Assembly (NCBI RefSeq): GCF_963921235.1
Contig: NC_086108.1
Location: 46,998,001 to 47,062,000, forward strand
Reading direction: 5' to 3'
From: Mobula hypostoma
Lineage: Eukaryota
DNA: 64,000 nt
Part shown: positions 12,327 through 24,769 of the stretch, piece after piece
How positions within the stretch are numbered: the first letter of the stretch is position 1
Layout: each line of letters begins with the position of its first letter
Made by a program: the position numbers and the translations under genes
Notes under the pieces: model-generated
Database searches by the model: none
What the model was told of the DNA's origin: nothing
Seen by the model: the letters and a program-made list of their open reading frames with translations, nothing else

Positions 12327-12984
12327 GTGAGCGTATTGTAGATAGCTAAGCAAATTCATGACCAGTGGAGTAGATTACGGTCTTTCTGCATCCACGCAAG
12401 CTCATGGCTAATCAAACAATTACAAGAGAAGGTGGTTCAGTGAGCTCCTTTTGTTCTCAAATAAAGACAAAGCCCGGATGGTGAGTGAAAACACTTTTAT
12501 AGCCAGAAGTACTGAGTGACTGATTCATTTTAGCAACACCAGTCCATCCCCAAATATCCTAGGAACTCAGGTGATGGATTTCAAATATTAATTTCACTGG
12601 ATATCAAGTGATGGCTGAGCACATTGCATAGAACAAAATTAATGCAATTCTTCAGTATTCCAGTTGCTGTGCTGAAAACCGGTGCTCCTATTTTGGCTGT
12701 GTTACTAGCCAAGATAGTTTCATGCATCTGCATCCTGATAAATAACTAAAACAGCAGAAAGTTGACTAACTATATTCTGCTCATTAAAGCAGGACAAATC
12801 AGGCCTCATAAGTCGATGCCAATCTCTAAAGCTTTGTCTGGCATTGATATAGCATTTCACAAAAGCTTGAATGACCGGCTGGCTATTATAACAAGCAAGA
12901 AGGGAAGTAGTTTATGGTTGGATTCCAATAGTGTCAAAGTTCCTTGGACATCAATCTGTTCACAGCTGTTCCTGATTTTCGTCA

Positions 12985-13125
12985 CCCTTCCTGATTTAGG
13001 GTTTTGGCCCGAAAGGCCGACTGTTTACTCTTTTCCATAGATGCTGCCTGGCTTACTGAGTTCCTCCAGCATTTTGTGTGTGTTGCTTGGATTTCCAGCA
13101 TCTGTAGATTTTCTTGTGTTTGTGT
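12985..13125 (+). mobile_element. Penelope pLTR fragment with a degenerate hammerhead
   Basis: ctgatttagggttttggcccgaaa..gactg..atgctgcctggc..ttccagcatctg matches the other pLTR copies. Confidence 0.7.
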
Positions 13126-13504
13126 TCACAGTTGCATCTTAATTCGTTCAGGGTCAGGTCACCAACAAGGCCACCAATGATTGCTCAGCCCTACTTTCTT
13201 GAGAAGGTAGTGAGGAGCTACCACTTTGAACATCTGTAATCTCTCCGAAGGTACTCTGACAATTCTGTTGGGTAGGAAATTATGGCATTTAGACTTAGAT
13301 ACAAAGAAGAATTAATGATGTGTTTCCAGCTAAAGGTAGTATGTGGGGGTGTGATGACCAGGTAGTGGTATTCCCCTTGCCTTTCTTGATGTTCAAGACC
13401 ATAAGTTTACAATATTTAGTCAATGATCTTCCCTCAATCGCAATGTCAGACATAGGGATGTTTGTTGCTGAGTGTAATGCAGTTTCTGCCTCCATTTTGC
13501 AATG

Positions 13505-13808
13505 TTAAAGAGATTAGCTGTATTTGTCACATGTGCGTTAAAATCAAAACATACAGTGAAATGCATCATTTGCATCAATGATGAGTACAATCTGTGCTGG
13601 GGACAACCTGCAATTGTCTCCACACTTCTGGCAGCAACTTAGCATGCCCACAACTCACTAACCTTCTCCTCAACTATATGCCTTTGGAATGTATGAGGAA
13701 CACAGTCACAGGGAGAATGTCCAAACTCCTTGCAGACAGAATTGAACCTCAATTGGTGATCACTGGTGCTGTAAAGCATTGTACTAACTGCTATGCTACC
13801 ATGCCATG
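13505..13808 (-). mobile_element. tRNA-derived SINE
   Basis: Minus-strand A box (tggtagcatagcagttag), B box (ggttcaattc) and the SINE core ctttggaatgt. Confidence 0.55.
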
Positions 13809-15134
13809 TACTGATTTGTGATATTAAAACATAGACTTTTTCTAAAAGCCACATGCCAGGTATAAGACAGAATGCTGCACAGTGGTCTGGATGTCTTTTG
13901 CTCCAACACTTTTCTGGTTTTCTATCCAAAGATTGTTGAATCACACCCCACTCACCATTATCTACACACATTCCCACCAATGCCAGTGCATCATAACATA
14001 AGCACCAGGTTGCTTTTTAAATCAGTTAACAAAATATAACTTCTATCATTTAGAAGATCAAGAACAGATATTTTATGGCTGTAGACCATTGACAAGTTTT
14101 CATGTTACATCCTGTTCTGAATTGAAAAATATATTGCTGGGTCAGAATCTTGGAAACAATTTGGCAGAACTACATGACTGTCAGTAATTTAAATTAATAG
14201 GTCTGGATGAAATGCTGTTCTAACAAGTAATGGCCACATCCTGCAAGGGAGCAGGAAGAAAATATTATTTAAAACATCATATGTAATTGTTTCAGTTGTA
14301 ATTTTGTATGTGATTCACATATAATGAGGAAAGAGAAATTGCCATTTTCACCCACCTAGAGCAATAATTGTCTGGCATGACTTGATTTTGAGTTAGCAGC
14401 AATGTAATCTACGAGACTAAGTTTTTTAGCTATCCAGTCAGATCAATGGACCATCAGAATACTTATTAAATTTTATCAAACTTTAAATGCTGTGAAAAAA
14501 CAGATGCCACTTTTTCTGTCTGAGTTTGGTTTGAGTTGGTCATTGGAGCATTCAATACACTTGATGTATGTTGCATTCTGCATCACCTTTTTAACTAGAT
14601 ATCTGTAAAAATCAAAGTAATTATTCCAATTTCACTCATTCTTGTTCCAAGTATTAACTTACTTATTACTGAGTTCTACTTTCACTGTTCCTCTTTGTTA
14701 GCTGTTGATATGATATTTGTTTTGATATTTCAAGTAATATGAGCTCTTCTGTTGCGTTCATTCATGTTAAGCAGAGATCATGAAATGCTAGAAATTTTAG
14801 AGCATAAGTAGGAGTGGTCCATTTGGCTCTGAGCTTGCTCTGCCAGTATCATGATTGATCTTTTTGAACCTCTTCCCACAACACAGGCAAATTTTGAGAA
14901 TCTTCTGTGTGGAAATCCCAGTGGTTTGCATCTGGTTTATCAGGTGATGTTTGTCATGTTTTCTATCCACTCACTGTGGCCCCAATTCCCATAGCCCACA
15001 GACTCCCTGTAAACTCTGTTTTTTTCCTTTCCCTCCACTCCCTTTATGTTTAATAGCTTCACTGGAAGATTTATTATTTGACTATGTCACAGCTTTAAAA
15101 CAAAATTAAAAGTATTGTGGTATTAATTACATAG

Positions 15135-15652
15135 ATCTTGGAATGTAGCACATAAAACAGTACAGCACTGGAACAGGTTTTTGGCCACAATGTTGCGCTG
15201 AACTAATTAACACCATAAGACATGGGAGCAGAATTAGGCCATTTGGCCCATCAAGTCTGCTCTGCTGTTTGATCATGGCTGATTTATTTTCCCTCTTGAC
15301 CACATTTTTCTGTGGTCTTTCCATAATGTTTAATACCTTACTAATCAAGAACCTATCAATGTGTGCTTTAAATATGCTCAGTCACTTGACCTCCACAGCC
15401 TTCTGTGGAAACAGATTCTACCGATTCACCACTCTCTGGTCAAATAGGTTTCAATAAGGTTCCTTCTCTCTCTCTCTCTCCTCCCCCCAATCCTTCTAAA
15501 CTCCAACAAGTACAGGTTCAGGGCATTCAAGCATCCTCATGTTAACCCTTTCATTCCTGGGATCATTCTCGTAAATCTCCTCTCTGGACCCTCTACAATG
15601 CAAGCGCATCCTTTATTTTAAGACATGGGGCCCAAAACTGCTAAGAATACTC
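15135..15652 (-). mobile_element. CR1 LINE 3' fragments
   Basis: CR1 3' UTR ggagcagaattaggccatttggcccatc, upstream RT C-terminal remnants. Confidence 0.7.
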
Positions 15653-15656
15653 TAAA

Positions 15657-16990
15657 CAACACACACAAAAAATGCTGGTAAATGCAGCAGGCCAGGCAGC
15701 ATCTCTAGGAAGAGGTACAGTCGACGTTTCAGGCCAGGACCCTTCATCAGGACTAACTGAAAGAAGAGATAGTAAGAGATTTGAAAGTGGGAGGGGGAGG
15801 GGGAGATCCAAAATGATAGGAGAAGACAGGAGGGGAGGGGTGGATCTAAGAGCTGGAAAGTTGATTGGCAAAAGGTATACCAGACTGGAGAAGGGAGAGG
15901 ATCATGGGACGGCAAGCCCTGGGGAGAGAGAGAGAAGCGGGGAGGGGAGCCTGGAGGGTGGAGAGTAGGCAAGGAGTTATAGTGAGAGGGACTGAGGGAG
16001 AAAACAGAGAGAGGAGAAAAAAGGGGGGAAAATAAAAAAATATTAAATAAATAAATAAGGGGTGGGGTGTGAAGGGGAGGAGGGGCATTTATGGAAGTTA
16101 GAGAAGTCAATGTTCATGCCATCAGGTTGGAGGCTACCCAGATGGAATATAACGTGTTGTTCCTCCAACCCGAGTGTGGCTTCATCTTGACAGTAGAGGA
16201 GGCCGTGGATAGACATGTCAGAATGGGAATGGGACGTGGAATTAAAATGTTTGGCCACTGAGAGATCTTGCTTTCTCTGGCGGACAGAGCATAGGTGTTC
16301 AGCGAAACGGTCTCCCAGCTTGCGTTGGGTCTCGCCAATATATAGAAGGCCGCACCGGGAGCACCGGACGCAGTATATCGCCCCAGTCGACTCACAGGTG
16401 AAGCGTCGCCTCACCTGGAAGGATTGTCTGGGGCCCTGAATAGTGGCGAGGGAGGAAATGGAAGGGTACGTGTAGCACTTGTTCCGCTTACAAGGATAAT
16501 TGCCGGGAGGGAGAACGGTGGGAAGGGATGGGGGGGACGAATGGACAAGGGAGTCGCGTAGGGAGTGATCCCTGAGGAAAGCAGAAGGGGGAGGGAAAGA
16601 TGCGCTTGGTGGTGGGATCCCGTTGGAGGTGGCGGAAGTTACAGAGAATTATATGTTGGACCTGGAGGCTGGTGGGATGGTAGGTGAGGACAAGGGGAAT
16701 CCTATTCCTAGTGGGGTGACGGGAGGATGGAGTGAGAGCAGATGTGCATGAAATGGGAGAGATGTGTTTGAGAGCAGAGTTGATGGTGGAGGAAGGGAAG
16801 CCTCTTTCTTTAAAAAAGGAAGACATCTCCTTCGTCCTGGAATAAAAAGCCTCATCCTGAGAGCAGATGCGGCGGAGTCAGAGGAATTGCGAGAAGGGGA
16901 TGGCATTTTTGCAAGAGACAGGGTGGCAAGAGGAATAGTCCAGGTAGTCTACTATAAGCCTATGGACTCTCACACCTACCTGGACTATTC
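15657..16990 (-). mobile_element. Penelope-like element (Neptune type), 5'-truncated with a short terminal inversion
   Basis: ORF 16043-16414 GAIYCVRCSRCGLLYIGETQRKLGDRFAEH (GIY-YIG endonuclease). RT thumb H-P..CKNAIPFSQFL. pLTR at 15657-16100. Inverted piece at ~16946-16990. Confidence 0.9.
15717..15756 (-). ncRNA. Minimal type I hammerhead ribozyme with intact core
   Basis: Minus strand: ttagtc CTGATGA agg-gtcctgg-cct GAAAC GTC gactg. Stems I and II pair. Confidence 0.75.
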
Positions 16991-16999
16991 CAAGTTTGT

Positions 17000-18480
17000 T
17001 GAATCTCTCCTTTATAGTACATGCCCAATATCCAGGTAGCATCCCTTCTACAGCATCTTCAAATCCTTCATATCCTTCCAATAATTGGGCAACTAAAATT
17101 CACATCCTTCCAATAATTGGGCAACTAAAATTAAATGCAGTGCTCCAGAAGTGGCTTCACTGGAATGTTATAAAGCTGCAACATAACTTCCTGACCCTCG
17201 AGGTCAGTGCCTCAGCTAATAAATGCAAGCATGCCGTATGTTTTCTTTATCACTCTGTCAACCTATACAGCCACTTCAGGGAGCTATGGACTTGAAGCCT
17301 AAGGTCCCTCTGTACATCAACACTGTTAAAGACCTTACCATTAACAGTGTATTGCTCATTTACATTTGATCGCTCAATATGCAACACACAACACTTGGCT
17401 CAATTAAGCTCCATCTGCCATTTCTATGCCCATACCTGTAGCTGATCTCTATCTCATTGTATCCTTTGGCAATCAACTATGTTATTTACAATACCATCAA
17501 TCTTTGTATTTTCTGTGAATTTCCCAATCTAACCATTTTATATTTTCATCCAATATTGATCTATATCACAGATAGCAGAGGTCCCAGTATGGATTCCTGT
17601 GACACACTATTAATTATGGACTTAGCCAGAATGAGTTCCATCAACTGCTGACCATTGTCTTGTTTGGGCAAGCCAATTCTGAATCCAAACAGCCAGGTCA
17701 CTGGATCACATGCAGCTTAGTCTTCTGAATGAGTCTACCACAAAGGATCCTGTCAAACCAGTAATTGAAATCCATGTAGACAGCATCCGTAGCTTTGCCT
17801 TAAACAATCACCTTCTTCATTTGTTCGTTTATGTGCTCTGTCCTATGATGTGGGTGATTAGGGTCTTTCCATGACCATAATTGTTCTTGGCAAATTTTTC
17901 TATAGAAGAAGTTTGCTATTGCTGCCTTCTGAGCAATGTCTTTGCAAGATTGGTGATGTCAGCTATTATCAATACTTTTCAGAGATTGCCTGCCTGGTGT
18001 CAGATTTATGATATGCACCCGATACTCACATAACCATCCAACACCTGCTTCCATGGCTTCATGTGACCCTGATTGGGGGGAGGGGCCGAGCAGGTGTTAC
18101 ACGCTGCCCAAGGCTGACCCGCAGGTTAGCAGAGGGAAGGAGCACCTTACACCACCTTTGGTAGAGTCATTACGCCACCCCGCCACCATCTTCACCTCCT
18201 CAAAAATCTTGAACAAAGCCATGCTGACTGTCCCTATTTAGGTCATGCTTTTCCAAATATTTACAAATTGTATTCGTGAGAATTCCCTCCATTAGCTTCC
18301 CTACCACTGACAAGAGACTCACTGGTCTATAAATTCCAGAATTGACCCTTTTTTTCCTTCTTGAACAATGGAACAAGATTAACTACTTGCCAGTCCTCGG
18401 GGACCTTGCCTGTGGATAGAGAGGACACAAAAATATTGGTCAAAGCCCCAGCAATCTTAGCTATTGCCTCTCTCAATATT
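17000..18480 (-). mobile_element. Decayed CR1 RT region with an unclassified repeat inserted at ~17820-18188
   Basis: Homologous to 1050-1815 (aaatccatgtagaca = VYMDF). 32 bp tandem duplication at 17069-17132. Confidence 0.7.
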
Positions 18481-19159
18481 CTTGAGTATAATTAGAATAA
18501 TATTCAGTAGTTCAGAAAATCTGCTAGTCTGACACCACCAAAGTTCAGGATGTGTTGATTTAACAGATTTTTATTGTATTCTCAGTGTTCAAAAATTAGT
18601 TTCTGTTGTAGTATATGACTGGTAGAATGCCCTTCTGTGACAGTGCAGAATCAACTTAAATGTTTGAAAGGACAAACCTGTTTTTGGAATTGTAAATTGC
18701 AATGTAGATAAAAGAGAAAAAGTCATAATAGTCCTTCTCACTTTCCAAAGAACATTCAATAAGTTGCCATTTCAACACGTTGAAACAAAACAGGTTTCAA
18801 GAAATAAATGCAATACACAGGAATTAAGATTGGTTAGTAGCCAGAAAACTGCAGGCTGTAACTAGTTGATCATTGCAAGCAGCAGTGCTTGGGTCTCAAC
18901 TATTTAGAACTACATTGGGGACTAGGGTAAAAAGACTGAGCAAAGTGTAATCACGCTATAAAACTCATGCAGAAGTGAGCTCTGAAAATCTACTGCTTTG
19001 GTTAATTCACAAACAAGAGAAAATCTGCAGATGCTGGAAATCCAACCAACATGCACAAAATGCTGGAGGAATTCACCAGGTCAGGCAGCATCAATGGGAA
19101 AGAGTACAGTTGATGTTTTGGACTGAGGATGACACATCACCCACCACTCTAGTTTTGGA

Positions 19160-20280
19160 GCAACACACACAAAAAGTGCTGGTGAATGCAGCAGGCCAGG
19201 CAGCATCTATAGGAAGAGGTACAGTCGATGTTTTGGGCTAAGACCCTTCGTCAGGACTAACTGAAGGAAGAGATAATAAGGGATTTGAGAGGGGGAGGGG
19301 GAGATCTGAAATGATAGGAGAAGACAGGAGGAGGAGGGATGGAGCTAAGAGCTGGAAAGTTGATTGGCAAAAGGGATAGAAGGCTCGAGAAGGAGCACAT
19401 CTTTCCCTCCCCCCACTTTCTGTTTTCCGCAGGGATCGCTCCCTACGCGACTCCCTTGTCCATTCGTCTCCCTCATCCCTTCCTACCAATCTCCCTCCTG
19501 GCACTTATCCTTATAAGTGGAACAAGTGCTACATATGCCCTTACACTTCCTCCCTCACTACCATTCAGGGCCCCAGACAGTCCTTCCAGGTGAGGCGACA
19601 CTTTACCTGTGAGTCGGCTGGGGTGATATACTGTGTCCAGTGCTCCCGGTGTGACCTTCTATGTATAGGCGAGACCTGATGCAGACTGGGAGATCGTTTC
19701 GCTGAACACCTACACTCTGTCTGCCAGAGAAAGCAGGATCTCCCAGTGGCCACACTTTGATTCCAAGTCCCATTCCCATTCTGATATGTCTGTCCACGAC
19801 CTCCTCTACTGTCAAGATGAAGCCACACTCAGGTTGGAGGAACAACACCTTATATTCCTTCTGTGTAGCCTCCAACATTGACTAGAGAACATTGACTTCT
19901 CTAACTTCCGTTAATGCCCCTCCTCCCCTTCATACCCCATCCCTTATTTATTTATCTATTATTATTTTTTTTCCCTTTTTTTCTCTTTTTTTCTCTTTTT
20001 TTTCTTCCTCTGCTCCTCTCACTATAACTCCTTGCCTGCTCTCCGTCCTCTGGGCTCCCCTCCCTCTTTCTTTCTCCTTAGGCTTCCCGTCCCATGCATT
20101 TCGGATCTCCCCCTTTCAAATCTCTTACTAGCTCTTCTTTCAGTTAGTCCTAATGAAGGGTCTCGGCCCAAAACGTCGACTGTACCTCTTCCTGTAGATG
20201 CTGCCTGGCCTGCTGCGTTCACCAGCATTTTTTGTGTGTGTTGCTTGAATTCCCAGCATCTGCAGATTTCCTCGTGTTTG
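19160..20280 (+). mobile_element. Penelope-like element: inverted pLTR arm + GIY-YIG region + pLTR
   Basis: Plus strand gtgatatactgtgtccagtgctcccggtgtgaccttctatgtataggcgag (GIY-YIG). Inverted arm at 19160-19390. 15 bp TSD cactctagttttgga at 19145-19159 and 20281-20295. Confidence 0.9.
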
Positions 20281-20329
20281 CACTCTAGTTTTGGATACTG
20301 ATGTGACCAGTGAGGCCATTGTGGGAGCT

Positions 20330-21680
20330 ATAAACCCATTGACAGTGATGAAATGCTTTGAGAGGTTGGTTATGACTAGACCAAACTCCTGCCTCAGCAA
20401 GGACCTGGATCCATTGCAGTTTGCCTATCGCCACAATAGGTCAATGGCAGATGCAATCTCGATGGCTCTTCACATGGCTTCAGACCACTGGACAACACAA
20501 ACACCTATGTCAGGATGCTGTTCTTTGACTATAGCTCTGCATTTAATACCATCATTCCCACTATCTTGATTAAGAAGTTGCAGAACCTGGGCCTCTGTGC
20601 CTCCCTTTGCAATTGGATCCTCCACTTCCTAACCGGAGGCTACAGTCTATGCGGATTGGTGATAACATATCCTCCTTGCTGACGATCAACACTGGCGCAC
20701 CTCGGGTGTGTGCTTAGCCCACTGCTGTACTCTGTGTATACACGTGACTGTGTGGCTCAGCGTAGCTCAGATACCATCTACAAACTTGCTGACGATACAA
20801 CCATTGTTGGTAGAATCTCAGGTGGTGACGAGAGGGCGTACAGGAGTGAGATATGCCAGCTAGTGGAATGGTGCTGCAGCAACAACCTGGCACTCAATGT
20901 CAGTAAGACGAAAGAGCTGATTGTGGACTTCAGGAAGGGTTAGACGAAGGAACACATACCAATCTTCATAAAGGGATCAGAAATGGAGAGAGTGAGCAGC
21001 TTCAAGTTCCTGGGTGTCAAGATCTCTGAGGATCTAACCTGGTCCCAACATATTGATGTAGTCATAAAGAAGGCAAGACGGTGGCTATACTTGATTCGGA
21101 GCTTGAAGAGATTTGGCACGTCAACAAATACACTCAAAAACTTCTGTAGTTGTATCGTGGAGAGCATTCTGTCTGGTATGGAGGGGCTACTGCACAGGAC
21201 CGAAAGAAGCTGCAGAAGGTTGTAAATCTAGTCAGCTCCATCTTGGGTACTTGCCTACAAAGTACCCAGGACATCTTTAGGGAGCGGTGTCTCAGGAAGG
21301 CAGCGTCCATTATTAAGGACTTCCAGCACCCAGGGCATGCCCTCTTCTCACTGTTACCATTGGGTAGGAGGTACAGAAGCCTGAAGGCACACACTCAGCG
21401 ATTCAGGAACAGCTTCTTCCCCTCTGCCATCTGATATCTAAATGGACATTGAAGCTTTGGACGCTACCTCACTTTTAAAAATATATAGTATTTCTGTTTT
21501 TGCACATTAAAAAACTATCTAATATACGTAATTGATTTATTTGTTTGTTTTGTTTTATTTTATTTATTATTTTTTTTTTCTCTCACTGTTAGATTATGTG
21601 TTGCATTGAACTACTGCTGCTGCTAAGTTAACAAATTTCACATCACACGCCGGTGATGATAGACCTGATTCTGATTCCGT
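20330..21680 (+). mobile_element. Rex1/Babar LINE, RT to 3' tail, frameshifted
   Basis: [56 protein letters not shown]. Tail cctgattctgattc. Confidence 0.9.
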
Positions 21681-21959
21681 ATATTGCCAGGAGGTGACTG
21701 ACAGCTGGCTGGATAGCTAGCTCGTGCTTCTTCTGTTGTTTATACTGGGTGTCTGTGTGCCCCTGAAGCACAGACTCTAGGTTTTCAGTATATTCCTAAA
21801 TCATCATCCTCCACTCAAAGCAATCATGCTCAAGAATTTCTAGGAGTCAGTGATGAAACTGCACACTTTTCAAGGAGGCTTTAAGGACTCCTTTAATCTT
21901 ATCTTCAGTCTGCCTGGTAAACTCAATATAAAGAGAGGTGTTTTCAGAAAGTGAAGTTT

Positions 21960-24490
21960 GCAGATAAGAGCAAGACTATAAAATGGTGGAGAAGTACATC
22001 CAGCTGCAGCTCTTCATAAACTGTATTAGGGAAATGGAGCTGCAGCTGGATGACCTTTGGGTCATAGGGGAAAATGAGAAGAAAGACAGGAACTACAGGG
22101 AGGTTGTCATTCCTAAGTTGCAGGGGGCAGGTAGCTGTGTGACTGTCAGGAAAGGGAAAGGGAATGGGAATAGGCTGACATTTCAGCGTACCCCTGTGGC
22201 CTCAATAAAAAGTTTACTGCTTTGAATACTGCTGGGTTGGGTGGTGGGTGGGTGGTGTTGATATCTGATCAGAGGAAAGCAGCAGCGACCAAGTCTCTGG
22301 CTCTGTGGCTCGAAAGGGAAGGGGCGATGTGTGTAATAGTAGTAGGGGATTCCATAGTTAAATGAGCGTACAGGACATTCTGTGGTCATGAAAAAGACAC
22401 CCGGATAGTATGTTGCCTCAAAGGTGCCAGTGTCATGGTTGTCTTGGACTGGATCCGCACCAAAGGGGAGGGTGAACATCCAGAAATCATAGTGCATATT
22501 GGTACAAATGGTAAAGGCAGGAAAAAGGATATGGCTCTAAAGAGAAAGTTTAGGGAGTTAGGTAGAAGGCTGTACAGCAGACCTCAATGGTAGTGAATCG
22601 TAAACACAAAGTAATCTGCAGATGCTGGGGTCAACGCAACACTCACACCACGCTGGAGGAACTCAGCAGGTCGGGCAGCATCTGTGGAAATGATCAGTCA
22701 ATGTTTCGGGCCAGAACCCTTCGTCAGGACTGAAGAGGGATTGTTTCCATGGATGCTGCCTGACCTGCTGAGTTCCTCCAGCGTGTTGTGAGTGTTGTCA
22801 ATGGTAGTGATCTCTGGATTGCTGCCTCTGCCAGTTAGCACAGTTAGAGATTGGCAGATATGATGTGGCCATCACTGAGACTTAGCTGAAAGTTCGTCTT
22901 TAGGAGTATGTCATCCAAGGATACAAATTATATTGAAATTTATGTCGAAAGAAAAGGTAGGTAGACAAAGGGTGGATTGGTTCTGTTCACAAGCAATGAA
23001 ATCAAATCCTTGGATAGAGGTAACGTAGGATTGGAAGATGTAGTATCCTTTCGGGTAGAGTAAAGAAACTGCAAGGATAAAAAATTCTCTGATGGGAATT
23101 ATATTTAGGCCTCTGAACAGTAGCCAGGGGTGTCTTTCTTTAACAGGAGACAGAAACAGCATGTAAAAAGGGCAATGTTATGAAAGTTGTGGGGATTTCA
23201 ATACACAGATGGATTGGGAAAATCATGTTGGTGCTGGATCCCAAGAGAAGGAGTTTGTAGAATGTCTATGAGATGGCTTTTTAGAGCAGCTTGTGGTTGA
23301 GCCTACTAGGGAAAAGGCAATTTTGAATTGGGTGTTGTGTAATGAACCAGATTTGATTAGAGAACCTCAGGTAAAGGAACTTTAGGAGGTAGTGATCCTA
23401 ATATCATAAAACTCACCTTGCAATTTGAGAGGAGAAACTAAAATCAGAAAATAATTGGTATTATAATGGAGTAAAGAAAACTACAGAGTCACGAGAGAGG
23501 AGCTGGCCAAAGTTTATTGGAAGGGAACAATAACAGGGATGAAAGAATTGCAATGGGGCCGGAGTTTCTGGGATCAATTTGGAAGGCACAAGATAAATTC
23601 ATTTCAAAGAAGAAGTCGTCTTCTAAAGGGAGGGTGAGGCACCTGTGGGTGACAAAGGAAGTCAATGACAACGTAAACTGAAACAACAGCGCATACAATA
23701 TAGTGGAAAGCTAGAGGATGAGAAGCTTTGAAAATCCAATAGAAAACAACTAAAAAGCAACAAGCAGAGAAAAGATGAATTATGAAGTTAATCTAGCCAA
23801 TAATTTAAGAGAGGATACCAAAAGCATATTGAGATATATAAGGAGTAAAAGAAAGGTGACTGCTTGAAAATGATACTGGAGAGGTAGTAATGGGTGACAG
23901 AGAAATGGTGGACAAACTGAATAAGTATTTTTAATCAGTCTTCGCTGTGGGGAAACACCAGCAGTATGCCAGAAATTGGAGAGTATATCGGGGCAGAAGA
24001 GAGTACAGTTGCTATTATTGAAGGTGCTTGGGAAGCTGAAAGGTTTGAAGGTAGATAAGTCACCTGGATCAGATGGACTATACCCTGGGATTCTGAAAGA
24101 GGTAGTCGAAGAGATTGGAGGCATTAATAGTGATCTTATACAAATCACTGGGTTCTGGAATGGTTCCAGAGCATTGGAAAATTGCAAATGTCACTCCATT
24201 CTCTTAAAAAGAGAGCAAGGTAAATTACAGGAAATTATTCGCTAGTTAGCCTGACCTGATTGGGTATATTTAAAGCAGCAGTTGATAGGCTGTTGATTAG
24301 TAAGCGTGTGAAGGGTTGTGGGTAAAAGGCAAGAGAATGGGGTTGCAAGGGATAATAAGTTACCAAATTTCATGACGCATGCCGGTGATAATAAACCTGA
24401 TTCTGATTCTAAATCAGCCATGACGAAATGGTGGAGCCGGCTCAGTGGGTTGATTGGCCTAATTCTGCTCCTGTGTCCCAGGTTATTATT
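21960..24490 (+). mobile_element. Decayed CR1 LINE with ORF1 esterase and ORF2 endonuclease remnants
   Basis: GDSIV (gtaggggattccatagtt) and VHIGTN motifs of an SGNH esterase. GDFN-like endonuclease remnant. KVDKSPGSDGLYP. CR1 3' tail with a Rex1 tail inserted at ~24358-24410. Confidence 0.75.
22597..22797. mobile_element. Penelope pLTR fold-back mini-element, different subfamily
   Basis: Minus-strand pLTR with hammerhead CTGACGA..GAAACATT plus an inverted arm at ~22743-22797. 13 bp TSD tcaatggtagtga at 22584-22596 and 22798-22810. Confidence 0.85.
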
Positions 24491-24769
24491 ATGGAGAGGG
24501 AAATGAAAAAATGTCAAGCTATAAATTTGGTTGCAAAAGTAGGAAAAATTATATTTTTATTAAAAGTTGTGATATGAATGGGTGTTTATTTTTGCTGCAT
24601 ATAACCATGATTGTGCAAGTAGATACAATAAGCAATTAAGAAAGTGAATGATGTGATAACCCTGAGCAACGTAGATTCTAGAAACAAAATAAAGAATCGG
24701 AACATACAATACAGAACAACATAGGGCAGTTCAGGTCCTTTGGTCCATGATGTTGTGCCAACTTTTTGA

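Noticed and set aside
12094..12349. Recurring peptide MLVNAAGQAASLGRGTVD / PRDAAWPAAFTS as a repeated gene family
   Set aside because: It is the translation of the non-coding Penelope pLTR and appears on both strands because of the inverted repeats.
17069..17132. 32 bp tandem duplication, with similar ones at ~8284-8332 and ~39825-39880
   Set aside because: Ordinary slippage duplications inside decayed LINEs.
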